Counted from the first letter of the stretch, positions 37,954 to 47,090 are shown. The stretch: DNA of 64,000 nt from an uncultured Spirochaetota bacterium (GCA_963768055.1 CAVYGN010000002.1:834268-898267), one strand, 5' to 3'. Notes: generated by a model from the sequence alone, not told the origin. A program made the numbers and translations.

Positions 37954-39243
37954 ATGATTTATGATAAGAATCTTGAATGCATGGACAGGGATGATCTTGA
38001 GCAGCTCCAGATAGAAAGGCTCCAGACGACGCTTTTTCGCGTCTATCAGAATGTGTCTTTTTACAAGGATTCCTATGACAGGAATAATATCAATATCGAA
38101 AAGATAAAATCCATAAAGGACCTGTCCGGCCTCCCTTTTACAATAAGGGATGATCTGAGGCTTTCCTATCCCTACGGAATGTTCGCCGTACCGCTGAGGG
38201 ATATCGTGAGGATACATTCCACATCCGGAACCACAGGCAAGGCTATCGTGGTCGGATATACCGTTAACGATATAACTAACTGGACTTCGCTTATAGCCAG
38301 GATGCTGACAGCTGTCGGGATCACGGAGCATGATTTTGTTCAGATTGCGTTTCATTACAGCCTTTCTTCAGCGGGGTTGGGGTTTCACTACGGGGCTGAA
38401 AAGATAGGCGCATCAGTCATACCTTCCTCCAGTGAAAACGTCTACCGCCAGATTCAGATAATGAAAGACTATAAAACCACGACCCTTATAAGCACACCCG
38501 GCTATGCCCTGCATATAAGCAAAGTTATGGAGGAGATGAATGTACATCCGGAAGAACTCAATCTCAGGACCGGTCTTTTCGGGGCGGAACCATGGAGCGA
38601 AAAACTCAGAAAACAGATAGAGCGGGGCCTGCATTTAGAGGCCTATGATAATTACGGCCTGACCGAACTGATAGGACCGGGTATTTCATTCGAATGCCCT
38701 CAAAAAAAAGGGCTTCATATTAACGAGGACCATTTCATAGTCGAGGTAATCGATCCTAAGTCGCTTCAAAACCTCGGATTCGGCGAAGAAGGCGAACTTG
38801 TTTTTACAACCATCACAAAACAGGGTTTCCCTTTAATACGCTACAGAACGGGTGATATAGCATCGCTTATCAATGGTAAATGCGATTGCGGGAGGACCCT
38901 TGTAAGGATGAACAGGCTGTCAGGCAGAACTGACGATATGATAATAATCGATGGAGTCAATATTTTTCCTTCCCAGATCGAGGAAATCATTCTCAGGATT
39001 GAAGGCGTCGAACCCCATTATCTCATAATCCTGGACAGGAAAGACGGCCTTGAAACAATGGAAATCCAGATCGAGGCTTCGGGGTTCGACGAAATGAGGG
39101 AACTCGATAAGCTAAGGTCGAAACTTCAATTACAGCTTGAAACTACGCTTGGTATTAAGCCGAAAATAACACTTGTAGAGCCGAAGACAATTAAGCGCTC
39201 GGACGGCAAGAAGCTGAAAAGGATCATAGATAAGAGGGAATAA
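37954..39243 (+). CDS. Phenylacetate--CoA ligase (PaaK/coenzyme F390 synthetase) family adenylate-forming enzyme
   Basis: STSGTTGKAIVVGYT P-loop-like AMP-binding motif. 429 aa, typical PaaK size. Immediately 3' of the Liv transporter. Confidence 0.8.
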   Translation: MIYDKNLECMDRDDLEQLQIERLQTTLFRVYQNVSFYKDSYDRNNINIEKIKSIKDLSGLPFTIRDDLRLSYPYGMFAVPLRDIVRIHSTSGTTGKAIVVGYTVNDITNWTSLIARMLTAVGITEHDFVQIAFHYSLSSAGLGFHYGAEKIGASVIPSSSENVYRQIQIMKDYKTTTLISTPGYALHISKVMEEMNVHPEELNLRTGLFGAEPWSEKLRKQIERGLHLEAYDNYGLTELIGPGISFECPQKKGLHINEDHFIVEVIDPKSLQNLGFGEEGELVFTTITKQGFPLIRYRTGDIASLINGKCDCGRTLVRMNRLSGRTDDMIIIDGVNIFPSQIEEIILRIEGVEPHYLIILDRKDGLETMEIQIEASGFDEMRELDKLRSKLQLQLETTLGIKPKITLVEPKTIKRSDGKKLKRIIDKRE

Positions 39244-39581
39244 TGAGGCCCGTTCAAACAACATAAAGCCTGTATGGAGTCAATTTTTATCTCGCTGTGA
39301 ATCGAAAACTTGAACTGCATCATCTCAAAACGGTGGCAAGCGCGGATTGAATGCTTTTTTTATTTAAGAAAATTTTTATTATCTGTAAGAACAGACTAAT
39401 AACATTTACGTTCCCCGATACGCGCTTGCTGTCACCGTTTTTCGATGGCAGTTCCTCGCCTTACGGGCACAAGCGCTTACTTCATAATGCGCGTAAAAAA
39501 ATTAACATCAAGAATCGCTTATTTCATTTATTTCCGAGAAATGGGACTGGGTATTTCTGGATAATTTTCAACATGCAGCTT

Positions 39582-39640
39582 TGTCATTTCGAGCGCAGCG
39601 TTTATCCTGTAAGGGAGAAATCTTCCCTGACTCTCGACTT
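39582..39640 (-). repeat. Partial or degenerate copy C of the TIR element, reverse orientation
   Basis: tgtcatttcgagcgcagcgtttatcctgta matches the reverse complement of the 3' end of copy B (about 27 of 30 nt) and then diverges. Confidence 0.4.
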
Positions 39641-39672
39641 TCAACTTGCTTAAAATAAATATTTCTGAAATA

Positions 39673-39701
39673 TTGACATTTTTATGACCCATGTCTATAT
39701 T
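39673..39701 (+). promoter_or_regulatory. Sigma-70-like promoter (TTGACA-17-TATATT) ahead of a long structured leader of the GH26 gene
   Basis: Consensus -35, 17-nt spacer, near-consensus -10. About 155-nt leader with a ccggaatatccgg hairpin before the GGAGAGG SD. Confidence 0.35.
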
Positions 39702-39856
39702 TAATACTGAGGGAAGAGCAGGTTTCTTACCGGGCCGGAATATCCGGCATCCTCATTAATCGAATAAAAAAACAAAAATCTTTAATAATATATATTTAAT
39801 GACAGAGAGACTTCCTTCAATTTAAAAACAAAAAATTAAATTGGAGAGGTCCGGCT

Positions 39857-40828
39857 ATGGATCGATATATATTAAAATGCGGCCTGTCTGCCTTGATGAT
39901 ATTCGGAACTGCCGTTTACGGGGTTTCCGAAGGCGCGAAATTCGAACCGTCCGACGGAAAAACCATACTCATTATCGGCCAGGACAGCGTGACGATTGAA
40001 AATTATATAAGTTCGACTGGAATTGTCCCTGCCGGTTTCATGGTTTATACCTCTATCAAAAACCTGGAAGGCCTCGAAAGCGAATCGCCCGATTATGGAT
40101 CCGGGATAAACGACGCCGATAAGCTCCTGTCCCGGTATCCGGGTTCATATCTGCAGATAGGCCTCTGCCTGGTCGGAGAGCTCAGTAATACCTATTCCGG
40201 AATGCTGGACGGAAACATAGAAAAATTCGCCCGATGGCTGAAGAAAACCTCTTCCCCCGTCTTCCTGAGGATCGGCTATGAATGCGACGGCCTGCATAAC
40301 TCGTATGATTCCGGGGAATACATATTAGCCTACAGGCATATAGTCGATAAATTGAGAAAACTTGGAGTTGACAACACCGCGTTTGTCTGGCATGTTCATG
40401 CCCACAAGTTGAACCCTGATCTTGATAACTGGTATCCGGGTAACGGATATGTCGATTGGATAGGGATCAGTTATTTTGACCAGCCCGAAGCCATGATGGA
40501 TCCCGTGCTTGCTTTCGCAAAATTGAAACACAAACCGGTAATGATAGCCGAAGGCACCCCGAAGGGTATAGGAAGCGGGGAAGGCCAGATATCCTGGGAA
40601 ACCTGGTATAGAAACTTCTTCGGTTTTCTGGAAAGGAACGGCATTAAGGCGGTTTCATACATAAACAGCGATTGGGAAAAACAGAATATGTGGAAAACGC
40701 AGGATTGGAAAGACGCCCGTGTCGAAGCTAACGATTATGTTATGAAACACTGGATCTCTGAAGTTTCGAGGGACAAATATATAAAATACACCCCGATTCT
40801 TTACGGCAGCAATGAATTATCCAAATAA
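39857..40828 (+). CDS. Secreted glycoside hydrolase, GH26-like (beta-mannanase family, clan GH-A)
   Basis: Signal peptide. VFLRIGYECDG (acid/base Glu region) and WYPGNGYVDWIGISYF, MIAEGTP (nucleophile Glu region) resemble GH26 signatures. Confidence 0.6.
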   Translation: MDRYILKCGLSALMIFGTAVYGVSEGAKFEPSDGKTILIIGQDSVTIENYISSTGIVPAGFMVYTSIKNLEGLESESPDYGSGINDADKLLSRYPGSYLQIGLCLVGELSNTYSGMLDGNIEKFARWLKKTSSPVFLRIGYECDGLHNSYDSGEYILAYRHIVDKLRKLGVDNTAFVWHVHAHKLNPDLDNWYPGNGYVDWIGISYFDQPEAMMDPVLAFAKLKHKPVMIAEGTPKGIGSGEGQISWETWYRNFFGFLERNGIKAVSYINSDWEKQNMWKTQDWKDARVEANDYVMKHWISEVSRDKYIKYTPILYGSNELSK

Positions 40829-40982
40829 CAGGCTTACGGGTGGTTCCAAAAATTAACCTTATTATTAATAAATGATGTTATAATAGTAATAAAACCGCAC
40901 CCTACGGGCATAAACCCTATGGTGCACTTGTCCCCGTAAGGGGGCTACCTTGCCGCCTTGCTCGGCGTGAAAAGGCGCTTGT

Positions 40983-41009
40983 CCTGAACCGTAGGTTCAG
41001 GGGTTTTTA
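40983..41009 (+). terminator. Rho-independent terminator between convergent GH26 and GH genes (possibly bidirectional)
   Basis: cctgaacc-gtag-ggttcagg followed by GTTTTT. A second hairpin (ccccgtaaggggg) lies just upstream. Confidence 0.5.
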
Positions 41010-41018
41010 GAAGTGCCC

Positions 41019-42917
41019 TTATCGGTATAGTTCTATTCTCTGAATAACTATAGTTCCGGTATTCTGCCTTCCGGGTATTGAGATTTCAATGTCATTTATA
41101 GCCTGAAGGTCAATGATCTTATTGCCGGTCTGATTGCCCCACACGGGCCTTATGTTGAATGATTCGAAAGCGAAGTTATAATCCTCTATTTTACCCGTTC
41201 CGTATGCCTCGTCCGAGGAATAACTTTCTCCATCGGCCCCGTTAGCCCCCGGATAACTCTTCTGCCATGGTTCCTTTACCCCGCTTTCGTTAAGGTATAT
41301 GAAAAATCTTACTTTCGGCGGCACGGACATCCTGAATTTAACCCCCTTGTACCCGGAAGCGTCATAGTAACCCGTGATCTCGTGGGAAAGGGAGAAGATC
41401 GATACTCCGCAGCCCCAGCCGTAGCCGCTTGAATACCAGAGCAGGATCGATCCGAATACCCTCTGAACATTCATTTTAGCATTGTTATCCGAGTCCCCCC
41501 ATGGAGTGATTATGTTATTAGCGGATTTTAGGTCAAGGTAAACAGGGCTGAATGAACTGTTGATAACGCCCTTCCTCACGGTTATTTTAGGGGTGAAGTA
41601 GATATTCTTAGCCGGGACTTTCAAAATGCTCGACATATGGGCCGCAAAGGCTTTCGGGTTTGCTTCAGTCATTGCGCTGATAAGTTCTCGATAAGGCCTG
41701 CCGGATTGGTCCACTATTCCATAATTGTTGTCTTCGTCATTAGAAGCCCTTCCATCCTGGGGATCGTCGTAAAACTGGAACCAATGATACCCTATTATAA
41801 ATGGGAGGCCGGCGAAAGACATCGAGAAGGTTTTGTAATGGATGCCCCTGTCCTCCTGGGATGCCACAGTCGTATCGGGTCCGACCTTGTTATGCAGTCC
41901 TGATGTATTATCCATTGAACGGAAGGTGAATTCGGAGATCAATACAGGTTTTTTTACGAATTCGTATAACGCCTCGAGAAAACCCCTGTCTATATCCGGA
42001 AGATTTTTGTAATAATTGAAGGATATTGCGTCGCAATATTTTCCGGCTATCTTCAGGACCTGCTCCGGCACCGAATTTGCGAACCTGTCGCTGAAAATAA
42101 GATGGTTTTTATCGACTGCCTTGATCTTCTCCTTTATTAAACTGTAATAACGGTCGGCGATTATGCTTAAAAATTCAGTCCTTATCGCGTTGATGTCTCC
42201 GGCATTGAATTGCGACATCTTGAGGTTAGCGATACCGGTAAAATCGGGCAATTTAAGATTCCATGCCCTGTTGAAATTTTCAATGGTGCCGTACCTGGCT
42301 TTTAAATATTCGATGACCCTTTTTTTTCCCGGGGCTGCGGCGTCAAGGTCGAAATACATATCGAATAAATAAGATGTGTGTCCCATAAAAAAGGAAAAGT
42401 CGCCGAACCAGTTCAAATCGTTGCCGACGAAATACCCTACCAGATAAGGATCTTCCGCCCGCTTTGCGCAATTTTCATTAATGACTTTTTCCATCATTTC
42501 ATCGAATTCGGGGCCGAAAATGTCCACGAGCTTGTTTCTTTCCGTTCTTTTAAATTCTATAATTATAAAGTATGGAATTTTCATTTTGCAGATCTCGGGG
42601 GATGACCAGCAGCCTATAGTATTGAAACCGATGTTAGTGATAAAAGGCAGAGTTTCTTTAACCCATGTAATTTCGTTTTTTGTTTCAAGGGCGTTATAGT
42701 GCCTTGCGCCGAGTTTATAGTCCTTGTCTTCGGGAGCTACGCTGCTTATGCCGATTGAAAAAAAAGGCTTGCCGTCAGGGGAGATCAGGAACCATCTGCC
42801 TGAAATATTTTTTATCGTAAAATATCCGTCTGAGCTATCGGTGCCCGCATGACCTGCAGTAATTGTCATTACTGAAAAAATAAATAAAACCAGAATCAGG
42901 TATAATGATCGGATCAT
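41019..42917 (-). CDS. Secreted TIM-barrel glycoside hydrolase (clan GH-A-like) with C-terminal CIA30/CBM-like beta-sandwich
   Basis: Signal peptide. Catalytic-domain features (NTIGCWSS, VGYFVGNDLNW, ISEFTF). C-terminal about 170 aa resemble a carbohydrate-binding CIA30-type domain. Immediately downstream of the GT2 synthase. Confidence 0.5.
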   Translation of the reverse strand: MIRSLYLILVLFIFSVMTITAGHAGTDSSDGYFTIKNISGRWFLISPDGKPFFSIGISSVAPEDKDYKLGARHYNALETKNEITWVKETLPFITNIGFNTIGCWSSPEICKMKIPYFIIIEFKRTERNKLVDIFGPEFDEMMEKVINENCAKRAEDPYLVGYFVGNDLNWFGDFSFFMGHTSYLFDMYFDLDAAAPGKKRVIEYLKARYGTIENFNRAWNLKLPDFTGIANLKMSQFNAGDINAIRTEFLSIIADRYYSLIKEKIKAVDKNHLIFSDRFANSVPEQVLKIAGKYCDAISFNYYKNLPDIDRGFLEALYEFVKKPVLISEFTFRSMDNTSGLHNKVGPDTTVASQEDRGIHYKTFSMSFAGLPFIIGYHWFQFYDDPQDGRASNDEDNNYGIVDQSGRPYRELISAMTEANPKAFAAHMSSILKVPAKNIYFTPKITVRKGVINSSFSPVYLDLKSANNIITPWGDSDNNAKMNVQRVFGSILLWYSSGYGWGCGVSIFSLSHEITGYYDASGYKGVKFRMSVPPKVRFFIYLNESGVKEPWQKSYPGANGADGESYSSDEAYGTGKIEDYNFAFESFNIRPVWGNQTGNKIIDLQAINDIEISIPGRQNTGTIVIQRIELYR

Positions 42918-44486
42918 TCAAGCCTCCCTCTTTTGTTTGACCATGAAAGTCCTTATTATATAACCGAGGATATATATCAGCAGAAACGCTTGAGCGAAAA
43001 TAACAATGAAAAGCCATGCGATAAAAGGGTAAGTTGTCCACTGCCTGAAAGTAATGGTTTTCAAATTGATAAATATAATATTGACCAGATTGTATGTCTC
43101 AATTGTAATTATCAAGCCTGACACTATGACGAATAAAGCGAAATGAAGATTTATTTTACTTTCTTTTGTATTGGAAGGGACCCAGTTCATTTTCCTTGTT
43201 ATCAGCATTACGGTCATTGTATAAAGATACGAGAAAGAATCGAGCGCCGATACTATAAAAGAACCTATATTCGTTTTATTCAAACGCGTAAGCGGTTGAA
43301 TGACAATCAGGAAGAACAGGTAGGGTACAAAAAAAATGAAATATCTCGTATCGATGAGGCTGGCCGCGAATATCATAATTATACTAAATATAAGTAATGC
43401 AAGGATTGAAAACGCTTCCGTGAAATAATAAAAAATATTCGAAATATAAGACAGGCGGGTTGAAAAATCCATTTTAGACCGGAACATTTTTTTAGAGAAT
43501 AAAAGCCTGATTGAACTGTAACACCATCTCCTGTGCTGGTTGAAATATGATTGGGGATTATCCGGACTTCGGCCCTTTGCCAGAATGATAGGCAGGTATT
43601 GTATATGATAACCCGCCGTTGTAATGTTGAAACCCGTCTCGACGTCTTCGCACCAGGGAACGTATGCAATACCCCCGGCCTTGATAAGCGAGATTCTCCT
43701 GTAAATGAGATTGGTCCCGACGCAAATTGCGGCATGGAATGGGTTGCGCGAAGGCTGAATTATCTTGTAAAAATCCTCCTGCAGGGCGGCTCCTCCGGAG
43801 GTAATCAGGTTTTTTTTAATTCCGGGGCCCTGTGTAATGAAAAATTGAGGCGATTGAATGAGGCCGATCTTCGAATCCGAGAAATACGGAAGAAGGTCTT
43901 TTAAAAAATCCCTGTCGGGGATAAAATCGGCATCGAAAATTGCTATGAATTCCCCGTCTGTACGGCTGATAGCGTAGGTGAGGTTGCCGGCTTTTTTCAT
44001 ATGTCCCCTGTCGGGCCTTCGCATATAGTTTATTCCGAGGTTTTCAATAGCCTTTTTGATATCATCGTCGCCGGCGTCGTCGAGTAAAAACACTTTTTTA
44101 TTTTCATAATCTATATTTAAAGCCGCGAGGCAGGTCTCCCTCACTATATCGATGCCCTCTCCGGTGTACGGGATCAATATATCTACCCAGGGTTTACCTC
44201 TCCTTTCCTTCCAATAATTTTCCAGGAGGGTATAATGGCCTGATAATGAGAATTTATTATAGAAAAGGTTAAAAATATAGTGGGTGGAGTAGTAAAAAAG
44301 AAAAGTCAGGATTAGCGGGGAAAAAATAATGAGAAATATTATTTGATTAAGGCTTAATATCACAAGCCCGGCGAGCATGAAAAGACTCGCGAGGAGCCCT
44401 GTCAAATTCGTTATCCTGACTAAAAATGCGCTGTTAATAAAATAACGGTATTTTAAAGGTATAATGCCCGCTTTCGTTCGACGCAT
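42918..44486 (-). CDS. Processive family-2 glycosyltransferase (cellulose-synthase-like; D,D,D,QxxRW) with N- and C-terminal TM bundles
   Basis: FLLDDAGDDD (DDx), FDADFIP (DxD), QSPQFF, QHRRW motifs. Multiple TM helices at both ends. Confidence 0.75.
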   Translation of the reverse strand: MRRTKAGIIPLKYRYFINSAFLVRITNLTGLLASLFMLAGLVILSLNQIIFLIIFSPLILTFLFYYSTHYIFNLFYNKFSLSGHYTLLENYWKERRGKPWVDILIPYTGEGIDIVRETCLAALNIDYENKKVFLLDDAGDDDIKKAIENLGINYMRRPDRGHMKKAGNLTYAISRTDGEFIAIFDADFIPDRDFLKDLLPYFSDSKIGLIQSPQFFITQGPGIKKNLITSGGAALQEDFYKIIQPSRNPFHAAICVGTNLIYRRISLIKAGGIAYVPWCEDVETGFNITTAGYHIQYLPIILAKGRSPDNPQSYFNQHRRWCYSSIRLLFSKKMFRSKMDFSTRLSYISNIFYYFTEAFSILALLIFSIIMIFAASLIDTRYFIFFVPYLFFLIVIQPLTRLNKTNIGSFIVSALDSFSYLYTMTVMLITRKMNWVPSNTKESKINLHFALFVIVSGLIITIETYNLVNIIFINLKTITFRQWTTYPFIAWLFIVIFAQAFLLIYILGYIIRTFMVKQKREA

Positions 44487-44570
44487 GGCTTAAGTCCCCG
44501 GTAATTTTATTAAAGTCTAATAAAAATGAACGAATTAGGCAATATTAAAGGCCATTTATCGATTTATAAT

Positions 44571-45806
44571 TTACAAATTTATTTCATAAAACTCTATATT
44601 GTCATCCAGAAAGTTTGAAATCGTGAGGATTTTACCGCCGGGATGAATCGCGATTCCAATAGGCTGGTTGCCCACGTTCAATTCCTCGACCGGGGCAAAA
44701 TTATTTTCAGAGTCGTAAATTACAATTTTTCCGTCCAGGGGGCTCCTCAGGTAATAGCTTATTTTATTGTTGGGGCCGCGGTTGGATACGTACACATACC
44801 GGTTATCGGGGGAGAGTTTTACATTATCGGGATGGTCCCAGGTATTGATTGTTTTAATTATTTTGTCAGTCTTCATATCATAAACGAAGAGTTTGTTCAC
44901 CCCCATATTGTTTATATAAGCCAGTCCTTTAGACCTGTCGATCCTGAACCTCCCGCATGCACCCCCCGTTTTTACCCGTTTGACGATCTTATAATTGTTC
45001 GTTACGCAATATTTGATTATTTCTCCCGAGCCGAACATTGTGACATAGACGAAATTGCCGTCTTCGGAAAAAGCGATCCCCCTGGGCTCTGTCCCTATAG
45101 TATTGAACTTGCGTACGAATGAATAAGTTTGGGGGTCTAGTATTGTGACATCGTAGCTCAGCCAGTTTGAAACATAGTAGTATTTAAAATCGGGCGTGAA
45201 TTCCCCGACCTTGGTCCAGTCGGCATGAGTGGGGATATTGGTTTTAATGGAAAAATCCTTCATGGACAGGACGAAAACCCTTCCACGCTCGTTCATCTGG
45301 GTAAACCAGTACTCGCTCCCGTCCTGGTTGAAAACCCCCTCGATGAATCCGAAGAATTTATCGTAGCCTGGAACATGAATATTTGTTATTGTAAGGTCTT
45401 TCATATCGTAAACCTGAATAAAATTCGTTCCCATTGTCGCTATCATCAGATATCTTCCGTCAGGAGAGTAGATAAGGTCCTTTGGCTCGTGCCCTGTTCC
45501 GATCTGCTTTATGAAAGTAAAATGCGAATTTGTCGGAGTAAGCCTTACAAAAATCGATATATTATTAGTTAGTTCTATATCATTTGAAAAGTTTTTATAC
45601 CCTTTTTCCCTTACTTCTATATGATAAGGCCCGCTCTGAAGATTGGTTTTAAAAACCGAAGTACCCGATATTTTACCGTCTATGAAAACATCGGCTTTCT
45701 TAGGGCTTGTAACGATCTTTAATTCACCTGAGAACACCGGCTGGCAGAAATTAAAGACTGCATAAGTGCAAATAGACAATACAATAATTTTATTAATCAT
45801 GAGCAC
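44571..45806 (-). CDS. Secreted PEGA domain + YVTN-family beta-propeller protein
   Basis: Signal peptide. PEGA (KIVTSPKKADVFIDGKISGTS...YHIEVREKGY). Repeated about 40-aa YVTN-like units (SPDGRYLMIAT, SEDGNFVYVT, SPDNRYVYVSN). Confidence 0.65.
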   Translation of the reverse strand: MLMINKIIVLSICTYAVFNFCQPVFSGELKIVTSPKKADVFIDGKISGTSVFKTNLQSGPYHIEVREKGYKNFSNDIELTNNISIFVRLTPTNSHFTFIKQIGTGHEPKDLIYSPDGRYLMIATMGTNFIQVYDMKDLTITNIHVPGYDKFFGFIEGVFNQDGSEYWFTQMNERGRVFVLSMKDFSIKTNIPTHADWTKVGEFTPDFKYYYVSNWLSYDVTILDPQTYSFVRKFNTIGTEPRGIAFSEDGNFVYVTMFGSGEIIKYCVTNNYKIVKRVKTGGACGRFRIDRSKGLAYINNMGVNKLFVYDMKTDKIIKTINTWDHPDNVKLSPDNRYVYVSNRGPNNKISYYLRSPLDGKIVIYDSENNFAPVEELNVGNQPIGIAIHPGGKILTISNFLDDNIEFYEINL

Positions 45807-45883
45807 CTCAAAAAAATGTTTCTGTGAATTTTAATTTAAATATTGAAATTTGGCAAAAAAAAGGCATCCGGGAAACCCGGCGC

Positions 45884-45973
45884 ATGACAGTCAACGGCCT
45901 GACCGAGTATAACTATTATAACGGGGCTTACGACAGCCGGTTCACGCCCTGGTATTTCAGGATCGAATTTTAA
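45884..45973 (+). CDS. Candidate 29-aa aromatic-rich small ORF (MTVNGLTEYNYYNGAYDSRFTPWYFRIEF) inside a GC-rich intergenic island; could instead be a structured RNA
   Basis: Uninterrupted ORF in a locally about 54% GC patch flanked by about 30% GC DNA. ccgggaaacccgg hairpin immediately upstream. Weak SD. Confidence 0.2.
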   Translation: MTVNGLTEYNYYNGAYDSRFTPWYFRIEF

Positions 45974-46048
45974 GGGTGAATAATTTGCGAAAATATCATG
46001 TGTATTCTACAATCCTTATTCTTTTAAGAAGATTAAGGATGGATCATA

Positions 46049-47050
46049 ATGAGGATCTGGATTTTCGCGGCTTTAGTATCCGCAGTACCCGCAATACTCG
46101 GTGCTGCCGTCAACAGGTCGTTATATAATTACTCGAAGCTCGAGGCCAGGATAGAAGCGCTGACCAACGGCGCAGGCGATAAGATCACTATTATAAAAAT
46201 TGGGTCCACACACGCCGGACGTAATCTGCTGTGCATAAAATTTTACGGGGAAAGCGCCGTAACCGGCAGGGAAAAACGCCTTCTTATCATCGGAGGAACT
46301 CACTCTCTCGAATGGCCCGGGTACGAGGTCGGAATACGGTTCGCGGAAACCCTCGCTTCCAATATCAGGGCCGGGGTAGAGCCTTACTCGACAGTATATA
46401 TAATACCGGCGGTAAATCCCGACGGTTTCGATTATATGCAGTATAGCCCCCATCCATTTTATAACGCGAGGAAAAACCTGGGATTTTCGCCTTCCGAGAA
46501 AAATCCGAAGGTGTACACCCAGGGAGTGGATATAAACAGGAATTTTCCTGTCGGATGGAAGTACCAGAGCAGTCCATACAGCGTATTTTACGCCGGAACT
46601 AAGCCGGGAAGCGAGCCTGAAACAAGGGCGGTTATGGAATTGACAAGGTCCGTAAAACCGGATTTCGCCATTTCGCTTCACGCGCCGGGCAGAAACATTG
46701 TTTATCCATGGGGATATAAAGAAGAAAAAATTAACGATCCTGACCTTATAAATACTTGTGAAGAATTCGCGAGAATTATAAATACTTCTAAAGATTTTGA
46801 AGAAATTATTAAAAATGAAGAATCGGCATATAAAGCCGGGAAAAAGAAATTCAGGGCAAGTTTCAGATCTATACAGGACTTTGTTAATTATCCTAAAAAC
46901 GGCGACGAGATAGACTGGTTTTACGGCGAAATGCATATACCGTGTTTTCGCATGGAAATAGCTAATGACCTTGAAACTTATACTCTAGAAGAATACGGCG
47001 GAATCGAAAAGGCCTTATTCTGGCTTGTGAATGTTAAATTGAAGGGTTGA
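46049..47050 (+). CDS. M14 family zinc metallocarboxypeptidase (secreted)
   Basis: Signal peptide. Zn ligands in GGTHSLEWPG (HxxE), NPDGF, later His. NRNFP substrate-binding Arg motif. Confidence 0.75.
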   Translation: MRIWIFAALVSAVPAILGAAVNRSLYNYSKLEARIEALTNGAGDKITIIKIGSTHAGRNLLCIKFYGESAVTGREKRLLIIGGTHSLEWPGYEVGIRFAETLASNIRAGVEPYSTVYIIPAVNPDGFDYMQYSPHPFYNARKNLGFSPSEKNPKVYTQGVDINRNFPVGWKYQSSPYSVFYAGTKPGSEPETRAVMELTRSVKPDFAISLHAPGRNIVYPWGYKEEKINDPDLINTCEEFARIINTSKDFEEIIKNEESAYKAGKKKFRASFRSIQDFVNYPKNGDEIDWFYGEMHIPCFRMEIANDLETYTLEEYGGIEKALFWLVNVKLKG

Positions 47051-47077
47051 ATAGTGATTGTCCGATAGGATCAGGAC

Positions 47078-47090
47078 GCTCGAAATGACA
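47078..47090 (+). repeat. Solo terminal-repeat remnant D of the TIR element family (gctcgaaatgaca)
   Basis: 13-nt exact match to the 3' terminus of copy B, in the intergenic spacer upstream of the TolC gene. Confidence 0.35.

Noticed and set aside
39351-39653. 100-aa plus-strand ORF in the long spacer upstream of the GH26 gene
   Set aside because: The product is low-complexity and hydrophobic with no SD. The region is better explained as a non-coding leader containing a repeat-element remnant and inverted repeats.
45860-45975. Possible c-di-GMP (GEMM-type) riboswitch
   Set aside because: Only loose resemblance (an AGCCGGTTCACG-like segment and a GNRA-like hairpin). The hallmark conserved GEMM stretches could not be aligned convincingly by eye, so it is kept only as an unclassified structured element.
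46121-46936. 271-aa minus-strand ORF antisense to the M14 carboxypeptidase gene
   Set aside because: It overlaps nearly the entire, motif-supported peptidase gene. Its product is Arg/Phe-rich and implausible.
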